Assembly (NCBI GenBank): GCA_002245135.1
Contig: NGBS01000624.1
Coordinates: 1 to 46,387 of the forward strand
Direction: 5' to 3'
Source: Proteromonas lacertae
Taxonomy: Eukaryota
Length of the DNA: 46,387 nt
Shown: positions 24,560-36,884 of the stretch, piece by piece
Position numbering within the stretch: the first letter of the stretch is position 1
Layout of the letters: the number at the start of each line of letters is the position of its first letter
The notes under the pieces: generated by a model
What the model was told of the DNA's origin: nothing
Seen by the model: the letters and a program-made list of their open reading frames with translations, nothing else
The model's database searches: none
Translations under genes and position numbers: made by a program

Positions 24560-25740
24560 TTAATCAGTTGCTTTTAATGAAGATCTTTCTTGATGAGATG
24601 TCTTTACAACAAGTTCTCTTCTGTTGATTATTGCATAACCAACTAAACTAATAATAATCAAAGTACCAATAACTACACCATAAGAAATACCAATTGCTTC
24701 TCCAGTCTTACTAGCTGATCTGGTTTGTGGTTATTCATAAATATCAGTTTGTCTTACAATAACAGACGAATAAGCTATATCAGGAGAAGAAGAATGTAAA
24801 TCATTTTCAAAAGCATCAGATTTTAAGATATTCGATGTAATTGAGATTATTGTATTTCGATAATTCTTTGGAGCAGTAATAAATGCAACTGTTCTTACTA
24901 AATTTGATGTCATATCCATATTATCTTTATCCCAATCTAATCTCACATTCGTTCTATCAACATCAAATGAAACTGCACTTCTTAAATGAGTTATTAATAG
25001 ATTTATAATTATCACAAATGCTTGAGGATTTACTGCTTGACCAGATACACCAGTTGTATAATCGATTTCTATCTTGACAATTATTCTTCCATTTACTAAT
25101 GGAGGATCTTCTACATATTCTCTACAATCTGTATCATCTACAGATTGCCATTGTGGATTTAAGTAATTATCACCTCTATATTGTCTTTGAAGAATACCTG
25201 TCTTTCCATCTTTACATAATATATAAGCAGAAGTTGCTGGCCATTCGCCATTAGCTGGACATGTATTGGAAATGATTTGAAGATAAACATTTGTGTAATA
25301 AATTCCATTAAGATTCCTTTATAATGTTTCTTTCATTAATTCAGATGGTCTTCCACTGAATTTACCTTCACTGAATGTTATACCAGCTGGTAAAGTAGGA
25401 TAATCAGGTAAAATTCATTCTAATACATTATATTTAATATTTGGTGTTAAATCTTCTTCTCCCCAAACTGGTTTAGAATCTAATACTGTACATGTTCTAT
25501 AGGAATAACCCATATAACCTTCACTACAAGCTATTTGACCTCTTTCACCTACATTCGTTGCTGGATAACCATTTTCTGCACTACATGTTGATGCAATTAC
25601 TTCCAATTGGATTGTATATGTCTTTGTTGTTTGATCTCTTGCAACTATACCAGTTATTGTGTAAGTCATTAATTTTCTTGTTACTGAAGGAGTTCCTGTT
25701 ATTGTACCAATCTTATTTACATATAAACAATACCTTTTAA
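24560..25740 (-). pseudogene. Type I membrane surface protein remnant with He_PIG (putative Ig) and HRM-like Cys modules
   Basis: GTPS..YTIT, CSAENGYPATNVG..CSEGYMGYSYRTC..WGEED, LPAGITFSEGKFSGRP, CPANGEWPAT and a C-terminal TM (GEAIGISYGVVIGTLIIISLVGY). Several frameshifts. Confidence 0.7.
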
Positions 25741-25880
25741 CACTATTACTAAGTACTTATTCATTCACATAAATCATTTACACAAACATCTCATATCACA
25801 TATAATTCATCATTTTATATTTCTTTCATTGGTTTCTCACACTCTCACTATTCTTTTCTTTCTAACAGTCTCTACATGCT

Positions 25881-26458
25881 CATATCATTTCATCCAACAT
25901 TCTATTATTATATACATCAAAAACTACATACACTTATTTTCATTATTCAATAGATTGAAAATCAGAAAATTCTAAAAATTTCATCAAGCCAAATGATTAT
26001 TCAAACCCAATAAACAAAGAAATGCTATTTTTGTGCTTACTATGAAGTATAATGGTGAAATGATGTGTATTTCGATGATGATGATAATGATGAAATATGT
26101 GACTATGTATAGAATAGATGATAATATTTGGTATAATATTAGTATTACATAAAATGAAAGATAAAAAAGTATAATCTAATGTTTAATGTTTAATTGTAGT
26201 ATAGTGATTCAAAATTGTATATAAGTTGTATTTGAACAGTTTAAAATCTGTGTATGATAAAATGAATATGATGTGAGTGTAAGTGTGATGAATATATGAT
26301 TGTGTAGAGTAATAAAAGTGAAAATAAGAATATATTCGAGAAAATTCTGAGAAAAGAATCAAGCCAAATATATTTTAAGAATATTTTATTTATAAAAATC
26401 AAGATGAATAAATGTATGTTGAAATATAGTGAAAAAAATGATATAGAATTGTATATGA
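25881..26458 (+). repeat. Long inverted repeat A, left arm
   Basis: Reverse complement of 29135-29712 with very few mismatches. Confidence 0.93.
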
Positions 26459-26625
26459 TAAATTTACATTAATAGTATTTTGAAGTTGCTTATTATTTAA
26501 ATGTAGAGAGTATGAATATTAATGAAATAAATTCTTTAGAAATAGATAGAATAATTTATTTTGAAAAATGAAATGTGAAAAATGTGTTAATAATAAATAT
26601 ATGAATAAAAGAGTTGTATGAGTAA

Positions 26626-27670
26626 ATGTCTAGATATTATTGTTTGTTCATTTATTTATTCCAATTTTACATATATTAAAAACAATAAAGTCAAATAATA
26701 GAAAATATACAATTGCTGATAAAAAGAACAACCCTTACAATACACCTCCAATATATTTTTCAATTTATTCTGAAAAACATAAAGAATGGGTAAAAGGTTT
26801 ATTAAATAATACAAAAAGTCGAAGTTTAGTGTATTATCAACATCCAAGTGGTGGAATGGGAAATAAATTACGAACTCTTGTTGGAGTAACATTTTTGGCA
26901 ATGATGAGTGATAGAGCAATATTGTTACAGAATTGGAATACTTTTGATTCATATTTCTCAACTCCACTTTCAACAATTCATGTTCCTAGTGTTATTAATA
27001 ATGGTAGAAGATATTTTGATTATATAACCTGTTTTAATGAAAATCAACTTAAAGAAATATCAACAATAAATGATGATCATTTGAAATTTTTAACATGTTG
27101 TGATTTGACTGAATCATTTATAAAATATGGTAATTTTGGTAATAAACTCAAGAATTCTGGATTAATAACTGAAAGATCAAAGAATATTATTTATAAACAA
27201 GCAACTGAAATAAGACATTTTTTATATAAATTCTTCTTCAAACTATCAAAATTGGTCGAAAATGAAATAATGAAAATAACAAATAAATTCTCAAAGAATA
27301 AATTATTGATAGGATTTCATTTTAGAACAAATCACAAAGGATGGAATGATAGAGGAGTGACATTTTTAAATAATCACCAAATAGAAGAAGCAATTCAAAA
27401 TGCCACAAAAATATCAAAGAAATTGAAAAATGTAGAATGGTATATTTCAAGTGATGATAATGAGATATAAATGAAATATAAATCAAAAATATCCTGAATA
27501 TGTTGTTAATGATATTCATGAGAAAGTTCATTCCAGAGGATCTGCTTCAAGAGTAACAGATGGATTTATATATTCTGTTGTTGAAGCTCATATATTATCA
27601 GAATGTAAAATATTGTTTTTAACATCATCTAGTTCATTTAGTGGAATTGCTTATTATAAATCTAAATTAT
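26626..27670 (+). pseudogene. Fucosyltransferase-like (NodZ/GT11/GT23/GT37 fold), disrupted
   Basis: GGMGNKLR, GFHFRT, WYISSDD, EAHILSEC..SSSFSGIA. Stop plus frameshift at ~27468-27490; start region out of frame. Confidence 0.8.
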
Positions 27671-27677
27671 CTATATA

Positions 27678-28216
27678 TGAATTTTTAGATAAGAAAGAAA
27701 TTATTTGTAAAGTTTGTAGAATTATATGGATGTAATTAATGTTTATTATTTCATCATTCCAAAACAAATTTGTCCTTATAGAGTAGTGTGTGAAATAGTT
27801 GAAAATAATAATAAAAATTCAATAAGTAATATGTTGAATTACTGTCGACCTAAATATTGATGTGAATCTAGAACCATAACAAAGATGGTTATGATAAAGA
27901 TTTTCAGTTTACAATTATTTATCTATTATATTATACAAAACACAATTTTGCTGTGACATATTTCACAGGTCATAATGCTAGTAGTATAATTAAATCAGCT
28001 ATAAAGGCTTTGAAAGACTATCCATTCTCGTCAAGAAAAACAGCTGGTGTGGCAGTATATGCTAAAAAACATAGAAACAAAAACAAGATAATAGAATTAA
28101 TAAATAATTACTTGAATGTTGATAAATATGGCTCAGCATTCAATAATCCATATCCAAAAGATAAAATTGATTTGCTTAAAAAATATAAATTTTGTATAGC
28201 AATAGAAAAATTATGA
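27678..28216 (+). pseudogene. GT10 alpha-1,3-fucosyltransferase-like fragment
   Basis: VDKYGSAF..KIDLLKKYKFCIAIE resembles the GT10 YKFxLxFEN motif. Internally deleted relative to 30123-30568. Confidence 0.7.
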
Positions 28217-29134
28217 TGAAGTATAAAGTTACAATTAAAAATAATGGTAAAATATAAAGAGTGTGTATATTGGACAAAATAATATAGTAAAAAATGGTAT
28301 AATTGATTAAAATTTGATAAAGATGATAATATAATTAAAATTAAAATTAATTTATTTGATTATTTAATTTTATAAAATTAATTCAAAATCAAGAAATTTC
28401 TAGAAAACAATCAAACCAAGTTAACTATAAAAATAATTTATCAAAATCAAGCTGAAATAATGAGGATAAACATCCTTTTATTTTCTTAATAATTTACAAT
28501 CAAAATGAATCTTTATATAGAATATTATTCAATGAATTAGAAAGGTATAGAATAATTCACAATAAAAATTGGCTAGGTGAGGGAACATTAGAATTTGATA
28601 ATGGTATAAAAGACATTTTATAGCTTTAACAGCAATTTTTTTTAAATCAAAAGCATTAAAAGAAGATTATTATGTTGGTGAATTTACCATTACTAATGAT
28701 GATATTTATTATTCAGTTAATAATGTAATAATACATCCATCAAATAACAACAATAGAAATGAAATAATTGATGAAAATATTTATGATAGATTGATGAAAT
28801 ATCGTGATGAAATTGGTGGTATAGAAATATATTATTTGATAGCAACAAATGATGAAGTAGAAAAGAAAATCATATTTTATCTAAAGAATTAAATTAAATT
28901 CTTTAAATCCCATCACAGAAATCACACAAACAACTTTGATCATCACATAAATCTAACATAACAGTTAGAAATTTGTCAAACAATATCATCTATACTATAC
29001 GTATTTAAATTTCATATTATTATCATCTAAATACATTTCATTTCAGCAATATAGTTCATAATAACCACAAATAAAACATTTCTTTATTTCTTGGCTTGAG
29101 ATATATTTGGGATTGAATTTTCATTATAATTTCA

Positions 29135-29712
29135 TCACATACAATTCTATATCATTTTTTTCACTATATTTCAACATACATTAATTCATCTTGATTTTTA
29201 TAAATAAAATATTCTTAAAATATATTTGGCTTGATTCTTTTCTCAGAATTTTCTCGAATATATTCTTATTTTCACTTTTATTACTCTACACAATCATATA
29301 TTCATCACACTTACACTCACATCATATTCATTTTATCATACACAGATTTTAAACTGTTCAAATACAACTTATATACAATTTTGAATCACTATACTACAAT
29401 TAAACATTAAACATTAGATTATACTTTTTTATCTTTCATTTTATGTAATACTAATATTATACCAAATATTATCATCTATTCTATACATAGTCACATATTT
29501 CATCATTATCATCATCATCGAAATACACATCATTTCACCATTATACTTCATAGTAAGCACAAAAATAGCATTTCTTTGTTTATTGGGTTTGAATAATCAT
29601 TTGGCTTGATGAAATTTTTAGAATTTTCTGATTTTCAATCTATTGAATAGTGAAAATAAGTGTATGTAGTTTTTGATGTATATAATAATAGAATGTTGAG
29701 TGAAATGATATG
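29135..29712 (-). repeat. Long inverted repeat A, right arm
   Basis: Reverse complement of 25881-26458. Confidence 0.93.
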
Positions 29713-29742
29713 TTGTATATAACACTCTTACTACTCTTATCC

Positions 29743-29945
29743 AAAATTGTATGTAAGTTGTTTTTGAACAGTTTAAAAGCTGTGTATGATGATAATATCA
29801 TAATGTGAATATGGTGTGAGTGTGAATGTGATGAATATATGATTGTGTAGAGTAATAAAAGTGAAAATAAGAATATATTCGAGAAAATTCTGAGAAAAGA
29901 ATCAAGCCAAATATATTATAAGAATTTTTATTTTATTTAAATCAA
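29743..29945 (+). repeat. Third, partial and more diverged copy of repeat A
   Basis: Matches ~26210-26405 (tgaacagtttaaaa..gagaaaattctgagaaaagaatcaagccaaatata). Confidence 0.85.
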
Positions 29946-30122
29946 AATTAATAAATACATATTGTAATAAAGTGAAATAATATAATTAAAAAGTGTATAT
30001 TCATGAAAAAATATATATTTTATATAGTGGTCTATTATGTAAATTTACAGAGTATGAATTTTTAAAAGAATTCTTTAAAATATGATAATATTTGTATAAA
30101 AAAGTTTAAATTATTATCATAC

Positions 30123-30568
30123 ATGAATTCTTTAGATAAGAAAGAAATTATTTGTAAAGATTGTAGAATTATATGGATGTAATTAATGTTTATTATTTCA
30201 TCATTCAGTAAAAGTCAAAACAAATTTGTCCTTATAATGTAGTGTGTGAAATAGTTGAAAATAATAATAAAAATTCAACAGGATATATGTATAGTGATTT
30301 GCTCAATTACTACAAACAACATGAACATAACAGCTTAAATATTGATGTGAATCTAGAACCACAACAAAGATGGCCTAGAAGTTATAGAATATCAGAAGGT
30401 CAAGATAAAGATTTTCAGTTTGCAGTTACTTATCGATTGTATTATACAAAACACAATTTTGCTATGACATATTTCACAGGTCATAATGCTAGTAGTATAA
30501 TTAAATCAGCTATAAAGGCTTTGAAAGACTATCCATTCTCGTCAAGAAAAACAGCTGGTGTGGCAGTT
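30123..30568 (+). pseudogene. Second copy of the GT10-like N-terminal fragment
   Basis: Direct repeat of 27678-28056. Identity ends at ggtgtggcagt. Confidence 0.75.
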
Positions 30569-30625
30569 CATCTTTCTATTATAATCATCATGATTTTTGT
30601 GAAGGAACAAGAAAAGTACACTATA

Positions 30626-31427
30626 ATGTTACTAATTCATCTAACAATAAATTATACTCTATTTTTGAAATCATTATTCATTCTATTATTACTAATATTA
30701 TTAACAATATATATTGATGGTTTAAATACTAATAGAAACATAAAGTTAAGAAATAGTTATAAAATAAAGCTATTGGCAGTTATATTTTCATGTGATAGAA
30801 GTTATTTATTAAATAAAACACTTACTACATTTTATAGTCATTTAGAAATGTATGAAAGAAATGTATTTATATAATTTAAAGAATATTTATTTTATGAATC
30901 CAAATGATCCTGAATATTCGTATGGAGTATTTTGGAGTTATTTGCATGGTGATTATGTTTTATTTTTGGAAGATGATTGGCTTTTTAAAGATGAAGAAAG
31001 ATTCCTGTTTTACCCTAATTATATCGAAGAATCAATATTAATATTAAACAAAACAGATGAAGTTAAAGGAATTATATTAAAACAAGATAGAGAAGGAAGA
31101 ATAAAAATGAAAGAGATTAATACATATTTAGGAAAACATTTGTTATGTATTATAATAAAACCTCCAATGGATTACTATTATACTAATGGACCAGCTGTAT
31201 ATAGAGTTGATTATCTTACTCAAACTGGTCTATTTAAATCAGAATTTTCTATGGCAAATCGTTTTAGAATGCTTAATTGGTACACAGGATTTACATACAA
31301 AGGATTGAAGTGCAAAGATAAGAACAATTATACTACATCATGTCAAGGAGTTGCTTATCATATAGGTGAAGGTTATTCAACAATAAATGTGAATAACAGA
31401 AAAGTGTGTAGAATCTCAATGTATTAG
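30626..31427 (+). pseudogene. Signal-anchored GT2/GT-A glycosyltransferase with a frameshift or deletion near 30870
   Basis: TM segment, then VIFSCDRSYLLNKTLTTF, YVLFLEDDW, YTNGPAVYR and AYHIG. Confidence 0.7.
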
Positions 31428-31632
31428 AGGAGTGACATTTTTAAATAATCAACAAATAGAAGAAGCAATTCAAAATGCCACAAAAATATCAAAGAAATTG
31501 AAAAATGTAGAATGGTATATTTCAAGTGATGATAATGAGATATTAATGAAGTATAAATCAAAATATCCTGAATATGTTATTAATGATATTCATGAGAAAG
31601 TTCATTCCAGAGGATCTGCTTCAAGAGTAACA
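31425..31632 (+). repeat. Duplicated internal segment of the 26626 fucosyltransferase gene
   Basis: Direct repeat of 27350-27558. This copy keeps the open frame (EILMKYKSKYPEY). Confidence 0.9.
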
Positions 31633-31720
31633 TATATTTTCTTTTGAAATATTTTTTCATATTAACTCAATAGGAAAATAATATATTAGATATTTAAATA
31701 ATATTTAGTGTATGATATAA

Positions 31721-32085
31721 TTGATTTATGCTATGATATTTGTTTTTTATTTTCATAAAAAGAATAAATATTTTAAAGGAGGATTTATAGCTGTAGATAT
31801 ATTTTTTACTTTATCTGGATATTTCATAACTGGAAACTTAATAAGAAGGATGAAAAAAGAGAATTATTATTTATCATTTTATAAGGATAGAATACTAAGA
31901 TTACAGCCAATGTCAAACTTAGTATTAGTAATTATTTATTTAGATTATTTATTTATTCATACGCAAATTGTTCTATACTGATTTTGTTTTTTATTTCATT
32001 TACAATTTCATTATATATTTGTTATAAATATATTAGTTATTCATATTATTCATTTGAAGCGAGATTATGTGAGTTAATATTTGGA
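31721..32085 (+). pseudogene. OafA/YrhL-like O-acyltransferase (Acyl_transf_3) remnant
   Basis: GGFIAVDIFFTLSGYFIT..FYKDRILRLQP and YYSFEARLCELIFG. Large internal deletion; cut off by inverted repeat B. Confidence 0.8.
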
Positions 32086-32104
32086 AAAGATGTAAATTTA
32101 GCTC

Positions 32105-32568
32105 ATGCTCAATCGATTGAACATGGGGTTTATAGAGGGTTTTCGTCTATTCTAATTAGATATTCTTATGCATCTTTGTATTTCTTATTTATAAAAAAAG
32201 TCTCAGCTTCATATGTAAACTATATGCTAATTCAATTAATTTGATTTCGAATATTTCACTCAGTAATAGCTTCAAAAAATGCTATAAATTATGATTAGAC
32301 AGGATCTCCGTTTTATTTCTTCATATAAAAACTATTGAATGAGAAATCTTTAAAAAAAATTGAGCACAAGTTTTGATTTGAAAATTTTTCAACATAGATT
32401 TAAATTTTGAGCCATGGGGTATATAAGAAGTAAATTAATAAAATAAACATTACAATCAATTACATATTTCACAATAAATATTATGAGTGATTAAAATAGT
32501 TTTTTCATAACTTCATTTAATCAAATTATTTAATTTCTTATTATTTTAAAACTCTGATTGAAATTATT
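32105..32568 (+). repeat. Long inverted repeat B, left arm (464 bp)
   Basis: Reverse complement of 33492-33955, almost perfect. Confidence 0.95.
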
Positions 32569-32849
32569 TTATCAACAAAAATTATATGTATCAATTCTAT
32601 ATTTATATTAATTTACATCAGAAGATTCAATATTTATAATTATTTTATTTAAACTCAAATCAAACATAGAAACGAATATAATTCTATATTAGTTTTCTTT
32701 TCTTAATTTCTTTTGTAGTTGCTACATGTATAGTATAATAGCATTTTATTTTTAATATATTACTTGTCTATTATATAAAATTGTAGATGAAAGAATAAAT
32801 CGTCAGAGATGGTAGAATCATTATGTACTATTATTTTTATTATTCCTTT

Positions 32850-33140
32850 AGAAAGTTTAGATTTATTAATCCATAAATATGTATGAAAGATTGTAGTTAT
32901 GGTATTAAGTTGAAGAGATAATTTCACAAAAATTGCATATATGTATTATCTTTCCTTTTTGATTTATCAGATCAGTAGGTGTGTTATTATATATAAAAGA
33001 TCATATTATTCATGTAATATATGATCAAAATAATGAAATGTAATTGAGTAATTTAAGTTTGAATATGTTAAAAGAAGATGAAGAGATTAGAATAGAAGAA
33101 ATATGTTACACAAGTCCAGAAGAATTATCAGGATATTAAG
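32850..33140 (+). pseudogene. Degenerate protein (pseudo)kinase fragment inside the repeat B spacer
   Basis: SLDLLI, YIKDHIIH..DQNNEM*LSNLSL..CYTSPEELSG follow kinase subdomain V-VIII order. Short intron-like segments are present. Confidence 0.4.
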
Positions 33141-33491
33141 AGTATAATATGAAGTTAAAAATAATGATATCAATAAAACAATGAATAACATAATAAAATC
33201 AAATGATGATATAAATGTTGATGATAGAAAAAAGAAATAAATAAAACTTTTAAAACATTTTGATAAATAAAAGATGATAAAAATAAAATTATAAAGAAAT
33301 TAAAATTGATACTTATTACTAATTAATAATATTATATATAATATAAATATATAATTCAACATTAACATTTTTAACATTAAACTTACTATAAATATATTTA
33401 TCATTCAACTGTAAACCAATAGTATCATAATGAGTTAATTTGTTATTGAAATTACATAATAAGCTGTAATGATTGTGATAAAGTTATGATT

Positions 33492-33955
33492 AATAATTTC
33501 AATCAGAGTTTTAAAATAATAAGAAATTAAATAATTTGATTAAATGAAGTTATGAAAAAACTATTTTAATCACTCATAATATTTATTGTGAAATATGTAA
33601 TTGATTGTAATGTTTATTTTATTAATTTACTTCTTATATACCCCATGGCTCAAAATTTAAATCTATGTTGAAAAATTTTCAAATCAAAACTTGTGCTCAA
33701 TTTTTTTTAAAGATTTCTCATTCAATAGTTTTTATATGAAGAAATAAAACGGAGATCCTGTCTAATCATAATTTATAGCATTTTTTGAAGCTATTACTGA
33801 GTGAAATATTCGAAATCAAATTAATTGAATTAGCATATAGTTTACATATGAAGCTGAGACTTTTTTTATAAATAAGAAATACAAAGATGCATAAGAATAT
33901 CTAATTAGAATAGACGAAAACCCTCTATAAACCCCATGTTCGATCGATTGAGCAT
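33492..33955 (-). repeat. Long inverted repeat B, right arm
   Basis: Reverse complement of 32105-32568. Confidence 0.95.
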
Positions 33956-34568
33956 TAGGTTAAATGTTAAGTCCTTATGAAGCATCATACAATGATTGGG
34001 TAATAGATAAACCAAAATTTTATAAAATGAAGTATAAGAATTTCATAACATTATCCATTCAATTAATAGAGACTATTGATTATGTATCAGGAATAGCGTT
34101 AAGACACTTTCCAATTTCTTCAATCAAGAAAATACATGAAATTGTTTATTATTAATAAATCATCATGCAATATGTCATATATAAATGGTCCTTCAATTTA
34201 TAAAACATCAGTGTTGAAACTATTAGAAGAATACGAAAATGAATTATATACAGGTTAATGGTTTTGTAATCAAGGATATAAATTAGCTCTCTTTAACAAC
34301 TCAGGATGTATAATAAAGATCAGGTTTGTGTAACAATTATATGTATTAAATCAGTAAATAGTAAAAACAATTTTTATGATGGTAATTAGTTTAAAAATTC
34401 ACAAGCTTGAGGTGTAAAGTTTTTACTATTTCAAAATGTAAAGTATTCCAAGATAGTAATATTATAAGTTAATCTAAATACATAAATTATCCATTTTATC
34501 GTATTACAAATTAATGGCCTTTAGTTATATAACCTGAGTGTTTATTCTTTAATCATAAATTCAGAAAA

Positions 34569-35906
34569 ATGGATTTTCATAAAAAAATGATTTATCCTTT
34601 TTTCTTATTACTAATTTCAATTGTTTTAGTTATTTTAAGTGTATATCTTTTATTGATTTATAAAGGAAATAACAAAATATTAATTAAAATTAATAACAAA
34701 CGAAATAATTTTACTAAGTTAATTTACATTGTATTTGGTACAAGACCAGAAGTAATAAAATTATATCCAATTATTCAAGAATTGAAGAATGAAATAAATA
34801 ATTTTTCATTTAAAACAATTTGTACATATCAACAAGAAGAGATGGTAAAACAAATATTAAATGATTTTCATGTAATTCCTGATATTTCATTAAAGGTAAT
34901 GAAAAAAAATCAAAAATTATCTCTATTATCATCAAATTTATTTTTTCAATTAGAATCAGTTTATAAAGAAGAAAGTCCAGATGTGACTATTGTTCAAGGA
35001 GATACAACAACCTCATTAATCGCAGCATTATGTTCATTTTATCATAAAGTGCCTGTTGCTCATATAGAAGCAGGATTAAGGACAAGAAGAATATATTTTC
35101 CTTTTCCTGAAGAATTGAATAGGCAAACAATTAGTAATATAGCTACATATAATTTTTGTCCAACTAAATTATCAGCAGATAATTTATTTCAGGAGAAGAG
35201 AGAAACATCATCGGTGTATATTGTTGGTAATACAGTAATAGATACATTAAAAAGTTCTATTGATATTATCCGTAAGAATGATAATGTAAAATACACAAAG
35301 ATGATTATAAAATCAATTTTATCTGATAAATCAATAAAATATATTATATTATTAACAATTCATAGAAGAGAGAATTATGGAACTCCATTTGTCAATGTGA
35401 TGAAAGCAGTGTATGATATAATAAAGAATTATGAGTATATAGTAGTTATATACCCATTACATCTCAACCCTAATGTGATGTTATGTTTAAAACAAACATT
35501 ACCTTCTAATATTTTGCAGAACATAATAAATAACAAAATAATAAGTAGTAGAAGTTATTTATATCTAAATAGATTAAAAATAGTAAAACCATTAAGTTAT
35601 TTTCCTCTTGTATATTTGCTAAATCAGTCATATATAATACTAACAGATTCTGGAGGAATTCAAGAAGAAGCAGTTTATCTTCAAAAGCCAATATTAATTT
35701 TAAGAAATACAACTGAGCGAATGGAAGGAGTATTATCAAAATCAGCAAAATTAGTAGGGACAAATTATGTAAATATATATCACTCTGTTGAAGAATTATT
35801 GATTAATCGACATGTTTATGAAACAATGATTAAGAATCCTAATATTTATGGAAATGGGACAGCTGCAAAGCAAATAATTAATATATTAAAAAATAATATT
35901 AGATAA
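34569..35906 (+). CDS. wecB: UDP-N-acetylglucosamine 2-epimerase (non-hydrolysing, WecB/MnaA type) with an N-terminal signal anchor
   Basis: FGTRPEVIK, VQGDTTT, HIEAGLRT, PFPEELNR, HRREN, DSGGIQEEA, RNTTERMEG, YGNGTAA. Hydrophobic residues ~9-31. Confidence 0.93.
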   Translation: MDFHKKMIYPFFLLLISIVLVILSVYLLLIYKGNNKILIKINNKRNNFTKLIYIVFGTRPEVIKLYPIIQELKNEINNFSFKTICTYQQEEMVKQILNDFHVIPDISLKVMKKNQKLSLLSSNLFFQLESVYKEESPDVTIVQGDTTTSLIAALCSFYHKVPVAHIEAGLRTRRIYFPFPEELNRQTISNIATYNFCPTKLSADNLFQEKRETSSVYIVGNTVIDTLKSSIDIIRKNDNVKYTKMIIKSILSDKSIKYIILLTIHRRENYGTPFVNVMKAVYDIIKNYEYIVVIYPLHLNPNVMLCLKQTLPSNILQNIINNKIISSRSYLYLNRLKIVKPLSYFPLVYLLNQSYIILTDSGGIQEEAVYLQKPILILRNTTERMEGVLSKSAKLVGTNYVNIYHSVEELLINRHVYETMIKNPNIYGNGTAAKQIINILKNNIR

Positions 35907-36530
35907 GAAACTAAATATTATATACGTGATTATGTAATAGTTGTTGTAATTGTGTGGCAAAGAAACAATTTATTAATTCAACTTGATTTGATAAGTTCAC
36001 AATCGATATTAAAATGGATGAAAGTATCAATTTTAGTAATTTATGTTCATAACTATAAACACATAAATACAAAAAAAACTGAATGAATGGAAAAGAAATA
36101 ATACAAATCTTTATGTAATATTTGTTCAGACTGGATATTATGGAAGATTTTTATCTCCTTTAACTTATTCCAATAGTGATTCATATTTTATAATATGTGA
36201 TGATGATATATTGGTTGAATCAGAATACTTTGAAAACATGTAAAGAGTAGTTGATGATGGTAACTTATCGAAAATGGGTTAGGAGCTGATACTGACACTT
36301 TTATAAGAGGATATTTTACTTGGGAAGAAGATTTATGAAAGGGTTAAAAAAGGTATGGCAACATCCTCCGCCTTCCTTGTTGAATTGTGAAGAAGCATGG
36401 ATTAGTATAGTATTATGGAAGTATTATAATATCAGCACAAAAGTTCCAAAATGCCCTTTACCTATATAAATTCCTAGTAAACCTACTGCTTGAGCTAGTA
36501 GCGATTTATCTACTTTGAGTCACTTGCAGA
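35907..36530 (+). pseudogene. Decayed GT-A glycosyltransferase paralogous to 38788-39753, starting in frame after the WecB stop
   Basis: VIVWQRNNLLIQL, TGYYGRFL, YFIICDDDIL, WQHPPPSLLNCEEAWIS and ISTKVPKCP, with several stops and frameshifts. Confidence 0.85.
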
Positions 36531-36884
36531 AGGATCAAACAAAATTGTTTAATACAATAGTAATGCATTTTTAATGAACAAGCGCCTATATTAGCACCAA
36601 CATCAATAAAATATCCATTTATATGAGTTATATTTGTTCCATATTGAAAATAAATTCTCACATTCATTCATCATCCCTTTATTCTTTATACTATATAAAC
36701 AATTATATATATATATATTACCAATAATATCTTTCGCTTATGTAATTAGATTAATCTTTCATTTACCTTATAAAAAATGTTTCTTTTGCATCCAACTATT
36801 TTTACTAGGTTTTATAGTCACATATAATCAATAATACAACTTTCAACTTTTGTTCTTTATTGAATCGTCTTATTCATTGATTAT

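Noticed and set aside
25860..29730. Autonomous DNA transposon defined by repeat A
   Set aside because: No transposase ORF and no target-site duplication are visible, so it is kept only as an inverted-repeat structure.
33964..34450. Short ORF and degenerate coding-like sequence upstream of WecB
   Set aside because: Probably a gene remnant, but no family motif could be recognised.
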